A stretch of 64,000 bases of DNA from Nitrospirota bacterium (lineage in GTDB: Bacteria; Nitrospirota; UBA9217), in assembly GCA_963796285.1 (NCBI GenBank), contig CAWCKW010000012.1:32001-96000 (forward strand), read 5' to 3'. Made by a program: the position numbers and the translations under genes. Positions 50,778 to 59,654 of this stretch are shown here, piece by piece. The notes under the pieces are model-generated. The model made no database searches and had not been told where the DNA came from. It saw nothing but the letters and a program-made list of their open reading frames with translations. Numbering within the stretch: position 1 is the stretch's first letter; every line of letters starts with the position of its first letter.

Positions 50778-51974
50778 TCAGAGTCTGGAAGCGGGAATCC
50801 GTCCATAATAGCATTGCAGCTGGTTTGCGGTCACCCCGATCAGGCAGTACCCGCAGTTAATGCACCGCGAGCTTTCCTGCCCCTGCTGGAATCTGTTCAC
50901 AATATCAGGTTCGATGACGAACGGCCGCGACAGGGACACAAAGTCAATTCCCTTATCCGAGATGATCGTTTTTATGTCCTGTAAATTTCTGATTCCGCCC
51001 ACTGCTATGACTGGTATGCCGACATTACGCTTGATATGTTCTGCAAGGGGAACATTATAATTGTGGAGGGGCATTCGGACCTTTGCCAGGAAGGGGGCCA
51101 TGATCCTGAAAAGTCCTTTTTGATAACCGGGCATATCGCGATACTTCGGCATGAGCCCAAGGACGGCGTCCACGGGAACCTTGGGCATGCGGACAGCGTA
51201 CATAAAGTCTCCATAACCGCAGGAGACTTCGATGGCATCGCAGGAGGCTGCCTCCAGTATCCGGGCGATCTTCACCGCCTCGGTTTCGGCCAGTCCCCGT
51301 CTGAATTCATCATGGCCGCTCATCTTTACGAGGATCGGAAAATCACCGACTTCCGTTCGTGCGGAGGAGATAATCCCGGTCACGATCCGCAACCGATTTT
51401 CTGTTGATCCGCCCCACTGGTCCCTGCGTTTGTTCAATACCGGGGAAACGAATTCGGAAAGAAGATAGCCATGTGCAGCATGGAGCTCTACTCCGTCAAA
51501 ACCCGCTGTCTTCGCACGCACGATAGCAGCCACGAATGCCCCGACGATCGACCGGATCTCCGCCTCGCTCGCTTCTTTTACCACGTCTCCGTAATCGTTC
51601 TTTTTTCGTCCGCTCGCGCTGATAACGTCCTGGCCCGTGACTTTCGACATTGACCTGCTGCCGCCGTGGGCGATTTGCAGGATGATCGGAGTTTTGAACT
51701 GCTGCAGCTGGTCGGTGATGGATTTGTATACGGGAATATAGGTGTCGCTATCAAACATGCGCATGTTCGGGAACGTCTTGCCGTTCTGTTTCACGCCAAC
51801 GTACCCGGTGATGATCGCCCCTGCACCGCCTGTTGCCAGATCTTGATACGTCCGCAGAAGATCGTCCGTCGGCATACCGTCGCGATGGGCCATACCTTCA
51901 TGTGTTGCGGCACGGATGATCCTGTTTTTTAACGTGAGATTTCCTATTGAACAGGGTTCAAATACGTGCTTCAT
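50778..51974 (-). CDS. NADH:flavin oxidoreductase (old yellow enzyme family)
   Basis: LKNRIIRAAT, QIAHGG, GFDGVELHAAHGYLLSEF, RRDQWGGS, C-terminal CINCGYC. Confidence 0.92.
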   Translation of the reverse strand: MKHVFEPCSIGNLTLKNRIIRAATHEGMAHRDGMPTDDLLRTYQDLATGGAGAIITGYVGVKQNGKTFPNMRMFDSDTYIPVYKSITDQLQQFKTPIILQIAHGGSRSMSKVTGQDVISASGRKKNDYGDVVKEASEAEIRSIVGAFVAAIVRAKTAGFDGVELHAAHGYLLSEFVSPVLNKRRDQWGGSTENRLRIVTGIISSARTEVGDFPILVKMSGHDEFRRGLAETEAVKIARILEAASCDAIEVSCGYGDFMYAVRMPKVPVDAVLGLMPKYRDMPGYQKGLFRIMAPFLAKVRMPLHNYNVPLAEHIKRNVGIPVIAVGGIRNLQDIKTIISDKGIDFVSLSRPFVIEPDIVNRFQQGQESSRCINCGYCLIGVTANQLQCYYGRIPASRL

Positions 51975-52118
51975 CAGATGCTCCTCTTATTTTGAAGTTT
52001 AGTGAGCTTATATGGTAGTGATAATGAACGAAGTGAATTTACCGGCGCGACGGCCACTTGATTAGTAAACACGGCTGCCTGCCGCAGAGGTGCGTCCGGT
52101 GCAATGATCTGTCAGGCG

Positions 52119-52577
52119 TCAAGCTGCCGACGTTGTTGCCGCCTGAACAGCACGTCGAAGTTCGAGCGGTGATGCGACCGCTTTAAACTCTTCTCGCGTG
52201 CCGCCGGTGCCGGTAACAACGATGTCGCCGTAACCGAGCATTTTCCCCAACAGCCCCTGATTCACGCTGATGGCTTCGACTTTCGTGTGCAGCAGCTCCA
52301 CGGTGCGAGTAGTAAAGACCCCTAGTTTGACAATAATGCGCTTATTCGTAACCGCGAATTCTGAATTAGCCCGTTTGATGAACGGAACAAGGATCAAGAG
52401 TCCAGCCAAAATTAATAAGATCAGTCCAGTTCCTTTTGCCCCACTGCCGAATAAGCCTATCGACGCAAGGAGCAGGATGCCGGCGAAGAATCCGGGAACC
52501 AGAAAGACTTGCCAATGAAGTTTTGATCGGTACATAACGTTTTCGCCGGGGAGAAGCTGTGAGTCTACGTAGCTCAT
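52119..52577 (-). CDS. Bacterial PH-domain membrane protein
   Basis: MSYVDSQLLPGE, EFAVTNKRII...GYGDIVVTGTGG; AAGGAGG RBS. Confidence 0.85.
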   Translation of the reverse strand: MSYVDSQLLPGENVMYRSKLHWQVFLVPGFFAGILLLASIGLFGSGAKGTGLILLILAGLLILVPFIKRANSEFAVTNKRIIVKLGVFTTRTVELLHTKVEAISVNQGLLGKMLGYGDIVVTGTGGTREEFKAVASPLELRRAVQAATTSAA

Positions 52578-52626
52578 GAATGCCTCCTTGGATTCTTAAT
52601 GAGAGTATGGTTGGGGACATCGGCTC

Positions 52627-52790
52627 TTATGATGCATAATTGTCACCGCTACTTTTCCCCAATTTTGCAATCGTTCGGGTGATGCTCGACGTGTTCACAC
52701 CCAATTGCCATGCCATCTCCGCCATGGACAGCCCAAACTCATCCAAACTTCTCCTCGCTTGTCGCGGTATGCGTTCATTCTCTATGATGA
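52627..52790 (-). pseudogene. Possible C-terminal HTH remnant of a REP-associated tyrosine transposase-like gene
   Basis: EFGLSMAEMAWQLGVNTSSITRTI helix-turn-helix with no intact upstream part. Confidence 0.4.
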
Positions 52791-52933
52791 AAAGCAAAGG
52801 CCTTACTTCCAAATATGGTATGCACCGTAAGAACCAATGTCCCCAAAGTGTCAATGTTGAAAGTCAAACAATATGGACCTGACGATAAGGGGGTTCCTAA
52901 GAGATTTCGAATCTGCGCATCCTTTCGTACGTC

Positions 52934-53323
52934 CTAAGCAGAGTTCCTGAGTACTGCTGCCAGGGCCGCAGGCTCAGCCACGCTCACCATGAGTTGCCGC
53001 AAGCGGACCGGGAAGCCCATGACGTACCCGCGCTGGCTCGGTGTCAGGTCGATCGTCAGGATTCCCTGTCCCGATCCGTTCACCAGCCATCGACCCGCGA
53101 ATCCATGCACCCCACGACTGAGCGGGCGCTCATGCGTTTCCGACGCTGAGGCGACGGCTGCTCTCGGGAAGCGAGATCGAAATGCCCAACCCATTCGGAC
53201 GCTGACCTGCTCGCTGTCTACCTCGACGTAGGAACTCGAAGGGGGCAGAAACAACGCACTCGACAGAATTCCGTACCACACGTCGAACCGAATGGGAAAT
53301 CGCTGAGGTCTACCGTTGTTCAT
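52934..53323 (-). CDS. Conserved hypothetical protein
   Basis: VRMGWAFR...GVHGFAGRWLVNGS pattern; AAGGA RBS before ATG 53323. Confidence 0.7.
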   Translation of the reverse strand: MNNGRPQRFPIRFDVWYGILSSALFLPPSSSYVEVDSEQVSVRMGWAFRSRFPRAAVASASETHERPLSRGVHGFAGRWLVNGSGQGILTIDLTPSQRGYVMGFPVRLRQLMVSVAEPAALAAVLRNSA

Positions 53324-53472
53324 AATTCCTTTCATCGAAGCGCCGCCAGGTGCGGCGGGTGTCGCCACTCTCTCGAGCCGAATGGTTGGAATCATCGTCA
53401 GGTTTCACTCCGTTCTATCCGACCTGCCATCTTGGCGCAAGGAACCGCTTGGTTAGGCCTTGAGCCCTGACG

Positions 53473-54342
53473 TTAAGGAGCTGACGGGTTAGCAAGATTG
53501 AATTCAGATTCAGCACGCTCGTTCCATAGAACTACTCCACGCATCGTATCATCGTACGAGGAGGTGAAATCGAAGCTGAGCACGATAAGGCCTCCAACGC
53601 CGGCAGCAACATCTAATGAAGAAGTATGGTGGCCATGGGCAGCAGCATAAACAGGTGCAGCCACCGCCAGGAGTGCCGCAACTGCAATACCCAGCCGAAC
53701 TAAACCATTGCGCGTTTCACCGAGATACATTTGCCCGAATCCGGGGATAAGAGATCGGACAGCGGCAGTTTCTTTTGACTTCCACGGAATTGTTTTTGCT
53801 TCTTTGGCAAATGCCGCCAATGATGAATTCGGCTGCTCTTTGATGAGCTCGTCAAATGCTTCAGGTGAAGTACGCGGCAATCCTTGAGCACCCACAGATC
53901 GATAAGCCCAGCCTAGCCGATAAAGTGTGAGGGGCCTCAGTTTTGTTTGCGGATGCAGTTCAAGAAGTGTTTCCCAAATTTGAACCGCACTGTCCGGCGC
54001 TCGAAAGCGTAAATCTTCCAAATCCAATGATCCGGCCAGGCTTTGGAATCCAGGGAAGTCGGTGATGGCAGCAGCGGCCTCAGCCAGATATTTTCCAGTG
54101 CTTCGTTCAGGGGGTAAGAACCTGTATCGATAAAAACCTTCTGCCTGCAGAAAAAGACTGCGTTCGGATGGCTCTGGCTTATATTCATCTACGGTCTTTT
54201 CGGTGCGTTGAAGCTGCTGCTGTGCTGTGGAAAATGTCTGATCATCTTGACGAATCAGCACTGAGTTAGCGGAACATGCATTTAGCAAACCACCGATCAG
54301 CATCATACCGATGTATTTTACGGCATGCGGAAATTTATCCAT
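53473..54342 (-). CDS. Hypothetical lipoprotein with TPR-like segment and C-terminal membrane helices
   Basis: Lipobox LNAC, TLYRLGWAY, SLIPGFGQMYLG. Confidence 0.75.
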   Translation of the reverse strand: MDKFPHAVKYIGMMLIGGLLNACSANSVLIRQDDQTFSTAQQQLQRTEKTVDEYKPEPSERSLFLQAEGFYRYRFLPPERSTGKYLAEAAAAITDFPGFQSLAGSLDLEDLRFRAPDSAVQIWETLLELHPQTKLRPLTLYRLGWAYRSVGAQGLPRTSPEAFDELIKEQPNSSLAAFAKEAKTIPWKSKETAAVRSLIPGFGQMYLGETRNGLVRLGIAVAALLAVAAPVYAAAHGHHTSSLDVAAGVGGLIVLSFDFTSSYDDTMRGVVLWNERAESEFNLANPSAP

Positions 54343-54367
54343 ATTGTGATGGCTCCGTGTTTTTACG

Positions 54368-54426
54368 GTCTAACGCGGCGCTGACGCGCCGACTTTGGCG
54401 CGTCGCTGTCGAGCGCCAGGTTATTT
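54368..54426 (-). mobile_element. attC recombination site (59 bp)
   Basis: Minus strand AAATAAC-CTGGCGCTCGAC...GTCAGCGCCGC-GTTAGAC. The upstream stop TAA lies inside R'', the arms pair with an extrahelical base, and the next ATG is 26 nt later. Confidence 0.75.
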
Positions 54427-55386
54427 CACATATAGAGGGACGGCAGCGTCCATGACAACATCTTCCGTCTTGTTGGTTTTGATATTATGTGACCTAATCA
54501 ACCCACCATCAGGACCTTCCGCTGTTTCGTAGTACACGATTTCATTGTTCACACCACCCAGCGTAAATAATGCCGGTGAAAAACCCGGCTGAATCATCGT
54601 CGAAGGTTTTAGTGTTTTTGTTTTAATATCGTAAATGGACAATACGTTTGCAGCAACACCATCAGAAACGACAACTTGATCGCTGCTGAGCCAAACGGAA
54701 CTCATACCACTGCTAATTTCAGTCGTCTTGTGTCTAGAGTTGCTCAGGTCCATGAGGTAAACACCCCATTTCTTGGCCGAAAAGGGATATAGTTTATCGA
54801 AAAAACCAAATCTGAACGAAGCAAAGGATAACCATTTGCCATCAGGTGACCACTTTACCTGGCTATGTGGAAAAGGCACGTCCTGTGTTACGTCGTCTAT
54901 TTTCTTAGACTTTATATCGATTATGATAATGTGTCTCACCCGCTCCTTTACCGGTTTAAAGAAATAACTTAATCTGACATCCATTTGCTCTTTCGTGTGG
55001 CTTATTAAAGCAATCTTGTCGCCAAGGGGTGAAAATGAAGGCTGGCTTGCATCGGTTGTTACTTCCGCAATAAAGGTTTCAGTTCCTGATTCCGTATCAT
55101 ATACATAAAGCTTTTTCAATGCTCTTATGTATGCGATTTTTCTCGCATCGGTGGATACAGTGTAATTGCGAATGTCTCGACTGGAAGTTAATCGTTTTTC
55201 TGATTTGTTCTCGATGTTATACGCCCAGATATCGTCATTACGCAAAAAAAGTAGTTTATTTTGTATGTCCGATTTATTAATCTTTGTCGCGTCACTGGCA
55301 AGGCTAACACCACTGACACCAAAGGCAACAATGATTATAGATACAAGTACCGCAGTTATTAGCTGCAATTTGTAGCATATTTGCAT
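54421..55386 (-). CDS. TolB-like/PD40 beta-propeller exported protein
   Basis: Signal peptide, PSFSPLGDKIA, WSPDGKWLSF; AT-rich. Confidence 0.75.
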   Translation of the reverse strand: MQICYKLQLITAVLVSIIIVAFGVSGVSLASDATKINKSDIQNKLLFLRNDDIWAYNIENKSEKRLTSSRDIRNYTVSTDARKIAYIRALKKLYVYDTESGTETFIAEVTTDASQPSFSPLGDKIALISHTKEQMDVRLSYFFKPVKERVRHIIIIDIKSKKIDDVTQDVPFPHSQVKWSPDGKWLSFASFRFGFFDKLYPFSAKKWGVYLMDLSNSRHKTTEISSGMSSVWLSSDQVVVSDGVAANVLSIYDIKTKTLKPSTMIQPGFSPALFTLGGVNNEIVYYETAEGPDGGLIRSHNIKTNKTEDVVMDAAVPLYVK

Positions 55387-55639
55387 GTGCGTTTCTCCAT
55401 ATAACCAGTAATTAGCGGTACGGAATACACTAGCATGGAACCGATTTGTGAGTCAATGAATTTGAGAAAAAACTTGACGTATCTTGCGGATTTAATTAAA
55501 CTTCGAGCAAATGACTAATATGCATATAGTGATATTAAAAAATTATTGAGACTAATATGCAATTTCGGTATTAGCTAATTCCAGGAGGAGAAGGAATTCG
55601 CCGGCCCGCTGGATTTTTAAAGCTGAGAGGAGACATTTA

Positions 55640-56352
55640 ATGCGTAGTGACGGAAGAAAGGCGGACGAACTCCGCAAGATAAAGATAACCAGGAACTACA
55701 TCAAGACAGCTGAGGGTTCGGTGCTGATCGAGATGGGCGACACCAGGGTCATCTGCACGGCCACGGTCGAAAATCCGTCCCTCCTTTTTTGCGCGGCAAA
55801 GGAACGGGCTGGGTCACGGCTGAATACGCCATGCTTCCACGTTCCTCGGGTCAGAGGATCCAGCGCGAGCGGAGCAAGGTGGGCGGCCGTACGCACGAGA
55901 TCCAGCGGCTCATCGGCAGGTCCCTTCGCTCGGTTGTCGATATGAAGGCGCTCGGCGAACGGTCCGTGCTGATCGATTGCGACGTGATCCAGGCGGACGG
56001 CGGCACGCGCACCGCATCGATCACCGGGGCGTACATCGCGCTCGTCGATGCGCTCCGCCATATTGAAAAGCAGGGGCTGATCAAGTCTGTGCCGGTCACG
56101 GACTACCTTGCCGCGATCAGCGTCGGCATCGTAGACAACAAACCCATGCTCGACCTGTGCTATGTCGAGGATTCGACAGCGGAAGTGGACATGAACCTGG
56201 TGATGACGGGCAAGGGAAAGATCGTTGAGGTGCAGGGCACTGCCGAGGGCGAACCCTTCTCCAGGGCCGAGCTCGGCAAGCTGCTCGGGCTCGGCGAAAA
56301 GGGCATCAAGATGCTGGTCAAGAGACAACGGGCGCTCTTGAACAAGTCTTAG
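55640..56352 (+). CDS. rph: Ribonuclease PH (apparent -1 frameshift near 55775)
   Basis: [12 protein letters not shown]...AEGSVL...VICTA joins [38 protein letters not shown]. Confidence 0.9.
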
Positions 56353-56652
56353 ATGCAAGAAAGCGGGTAAATTTAAGGATAGAAAAAATGCTGAACCGCC
56401 GAGACGCGGAGACGCAGAGGTCTCTTGAAATTGATGAACTAGATGGTTTGTTCAGGTCGGGAACATTAAAATTCATCAACTTACCTGACGGTCGATTCTA
56501 AAAACCCAGGGCCTTTTCAGCAATTGGTTTTCTCTGCGTCTCCGCGTCTCCGCGGTGAATGATGGAAGTTAAGGAAGCTCAATAACTCCATCGATGTTAT
56601 TTTCATACGTGTCTCATCCGTCTGAATCCGCTCCGAAAAAGTCGAGGTTCTC

Positions 56653-57222
56653 TTGTCCCTCTTGACGATCTTCTTTATCACCTTCGGCCTCATCTTCACC
56701 GCTGAACTCGGCGACAAGACGCAGCTCATGGTCTTTACCCTTGCGCTTCGCTACGGAGGACGGCCGGTCCTTGCCGGGGCGTTCCTTGCCTTCGCGATGC
56801 TGTCGGGAAGCGCCGCGATCGTGGGGAGGGGAGTGGGTGAGCTGTTGTCGCCCGTCCTGATCACGCGCATCTCTGCCTGGGTGTTCATCCTCTTTGGCCT
56901 GTACATGTTGCTGCGCAAGACTGAGGAAGAATCGCCGGAGCAAATCAAACCGTCTGCACGGGCCGGGTTCATCGCGGCCTTCAGTCTGATCGCCATCTCT
57001 GAGATGGGGGACAAGACGCAGATCGCGACGCTGCTCCTGTCCGTAAAATATCAGAGCTTCCTCGCGGTATTCCTCGGCAGTCTTGCCGCCCTCAGCTTCG
57101 CCACGCTGATCGGGATCCTCGTTGCCGGCAGGCTCCATACGTTCATCCCGGCCAGATACATCCGTCCGGCATCCGGCATTCTCTTCGTTCTTCTCGGCAT
57201 CGGCACTCTTGTACTTGCGTGA
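56653..57222 (+). CDS. TMEM165/GDT1-family Ca/Mn transporter
   Basis: Two E(L/M)GDKTQ motifs. Confidence 0.9.
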   Translation: MSLLTIFFITFGLIFTAELGDKTQLMVFTLALRYGGRPVLAGAFLAFAMLSGSAAIVGRGVGELLSPVLITRISAWVFILFGLYMLLRKTEEESPEQIKPSARAGFIAAFSLIAISEMGDKTQIATLLLSVKYQSFLAVFLGSLAALSFATLIGILVAGRLHTFIPARYIRPASGILFVLLGIGTLVLA

Positions 57223-57341
57223 CCAGCATTTTCCGAACTGATAGTTGTTGAAAATTCAGTTGCCCTTCGCTATACTTTCTTTCAGTCCTTCGGGACAGCG
57301 GGAGCAGATCCCGACCTACGTGAGAATTCTTCGAGGTCATC

Positions 57342-58196
57342 GTGAATTTATCCACACTATTTCAAAAAGCACCTGAAATGAGCGCAGAAGCTGTGAAGGA
57401 GCTGATGAAACAGAAAAAGCCGGGCGAGTATAACCTGATCGATGTTCGCCAGCCGGGCGAATACGAGCAGGGACATATCCCGGGCGCGAAGCTCATCCCC
57501 ATTGCAGAACTGGCGTCACGGGTGGGCGAGATCGATCCTGCAAAACCGACCATCCTGTATTGACAAGCGGGTAATCGCAGCCGGGCTGCTGCGGGAATGC
57601 TCAGGAACGCAGGTCTCACGAACATGTTCAGCATGCACGGCGGCATGAAGGCATGGAAGGGGTTCGTCGCAAGCGGTCCGCCCGATGCCGGCATGGCTTA
57701 TTTCCCCTCTGACTCCAGGCCGGAAGAGCTTATCGCCCTGGCGTGGTCGCTGGAAGAAGGTTCGCGCCGCTTCTATGGCGCTCTGGCCGGATCGCTCCAG
57801 GACCAGGAGGCCATGGCGTTTTTTCAGGGATTAGCAGGCGCCGAAGCAGGTCACGAGGCCATGCTGCTTGCCCTGTATCAGGAGGTAACCAATGACCGCC
57901 GTGTTGCAAAGATTCCCGACTCGCTTTTTTCCGGCATTGTTCCCGGCGAGGTGATGGAGGGGGGGATGAGCGTGGAGCAGGCCCTGGAGTGGACCACGGG
58001 CAAAGGCATCAGCGACATCCTCGATCTTTCCATGGCCCTTGAATCGTATTCCTACGACCTGTATCTCAAGATGGAGCGCGCCCTCACCGATGGAAATGCA
58101 CGGCGCGTGTTCCTAGTCCTGGCCGGGGAGGAGGAAAAACATCTGGAAAGAATGGCCGCGCTTATCGAGAACAGACGATCTCCGGATGCACAGTAA
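57342..58196 (+). CDS. Selenocysteine-containing rhodanese fused to a rubrerythrin/ferritin-like domain
   Basis: The 73-aa and 199-aa ORFs are in frame across TGA 57561-57563: TILY-U-QAGNRSRAAA at the catalytic Cys position. DVR..EY..GHIPGA upstream; ExxH motifs downstream. Confidence 0.85.
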
Positions 58197-58314
58197 TGTA
58201 AGCCCACTCTTTGCCTCATCCCGTTGGATCCGACAAAGCCTTTCCTCTTGACAAAAACCGCCGCACGACTTAATATTAAACACTTGTTTTAAAGCTAAAG
58301 GATCAAATCCATTT

Positions 58315-58734
58315 ATGGAAAAAACACGTTCCTTCCTGTTTTTGTTCAGCTTTCTGCTCCTGTCTTCCACGTCAGTCATGGCGCAATATCCGGTCATCGA
58401 CGCGGAACAACTGCGGTCATATGTAACCGGAAACAAGAAAGTAATGCTTGTAGACTCGAGGACATCCGAGGAATATCAGCAGGCGCACATCCCCGGCGCC
58501 ATCAATATCATGCCGGACGAGATGAAGACCAAGGCCGCACGTTTGCTGAAGGATAAAACAGCTTCGGTCATTTTTTATTGCAGAGGCATGGGCTGAGGAC
58601 TCAGCCGCATGGCCGCAGGTGCGGCCATTGAGATGGGATACACCTCTATCATGATATATCAGGCAGGCATGCCTGATTGGTTATTGAAAGGTTACCCCGT
58701 GCAAAAGGGCAAGAAGCCGGGGAAATTAAAGTAG
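58315..58734 (+). CDS. Secreted selenocysteine-containing rhodanese
   Basis: Signal peptide, DSR..EY...HIPGA, FYCRGMG-U-GLSRMAA...GYTSIMIYQAGMPDW...GYPV. Reading through TGA 58594-58596 completes the fold; TAG at 58732-58734. Confidence 0.88.
58609..58628 (+). promoter_or_regulatory. Candidate SECIS element
   Basis: ATGGCCGC-AGGT-GCGGCCAT perfect 8-bp stem, 12 nt after UGA. Confidence 0.75.
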
Positions 58735-58766
58735 TATCAGTTCAATTTTCAGGGGAGCGTCGTTCT

Positions 58767-59585
58767 ATGGCCATCAAAAGGGAAAAATCAAATTATACGA
58801 TCCAGTCAGTTTCGCATGCGCTCGACATTCTGGAATCATTCACCAGGACCGAGGACGAACTCGGCGTGACGGAATTGTCGAAGAGGCTGGGACTGCACAA
58901 GAACAACGTGTTCCGGCTGCTTGCCACGCTTGAGCACCGCGGCTACATCGAACAGAACAGCTCGAGCGAGAACTACCGCCTCGGCCCCAAGACACTCCAG
59001 ATCGGGGCGATCTTCATCGACCAGCGCGAGTGCCGCCGGCAGGCGAGGCCGATCCTCGAGAACCTTATGGCGGCATCGGGAGAGACGGCGGTTGTGGCCG
59101 TCCTGCGCGGGAACAAAGTGATCTATATGGACAGCGTGGAGACGTCCAGGACGGTCCGCGCGACCTCGCGCATCGGCGCCATGCACCCTGCACACTGCAC
59201 CGCAGTCGGCAAAGTGCAGCTTGCGGCCCTGCCGGCTGGTGAGATCGAGCGGTTGTACCCGGAAATGAATTTGACACCGCTTACCGACAAGAGCATCAAG
59301 ACACGAGATGTTCTGCTCAATGAACTGAAAAAGATCACTGAGAAAGGGTATGCGTTCGAGACCGAGGAGGCCGATCTTGACGTGCGGAGCATTGCTGTTC
59401 CGGTCAGGGACTTCTCCCGCAAAGTGATCGGCGCAGTAGGTATTGTCGCGCCGTCGCACCGGCTGACGGAAGAGCTGCTGGAAAAGGGCGATCTGCTATC
59501 CTTGGTGCAGGACGCAGGCAAGGCCATCTCAGTGAAGATGGGATTCATCGCACAAGCGCGGGAACAAGTGATACATTGTACCTGA
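58767..59585 (+). CDS. IclR-family transcriptional regulator
   Basis: QSVSHALDILE, HTH, HCTAVGK, SIAVPV. Confidence 0.92.
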   Translation: MAIKREKSNYTIQSVSHALDILESFTRTEDELGVTELSKRLGLHKNNVFRLLATLEHRGYIEQNSSSENYRLGPKTLQIGAIFIDQRECRRQARPILENLMAASGETAVVAVLRGNKVIYMDSVETSRTVRATSRIGAMHPAHCTAVGKVQLAALPAGEIERLYPEMNLTPLTDKSIKTRDVLLNELKKITEKGYAFETEEADLDVRSIAVPVRDFSRKVIGAVGIVAPSHRLTEELLEKGDLLSLVQDAGKAISVKMGFIAQAREQVIHCT

Positions 59586-59654
59586 CCTTGAGCGTATTGG
59601 CCAGGTGCAGGACTTTATTGACACTCCCGTTCAAGCTGTGTTATTATCGCGCAG

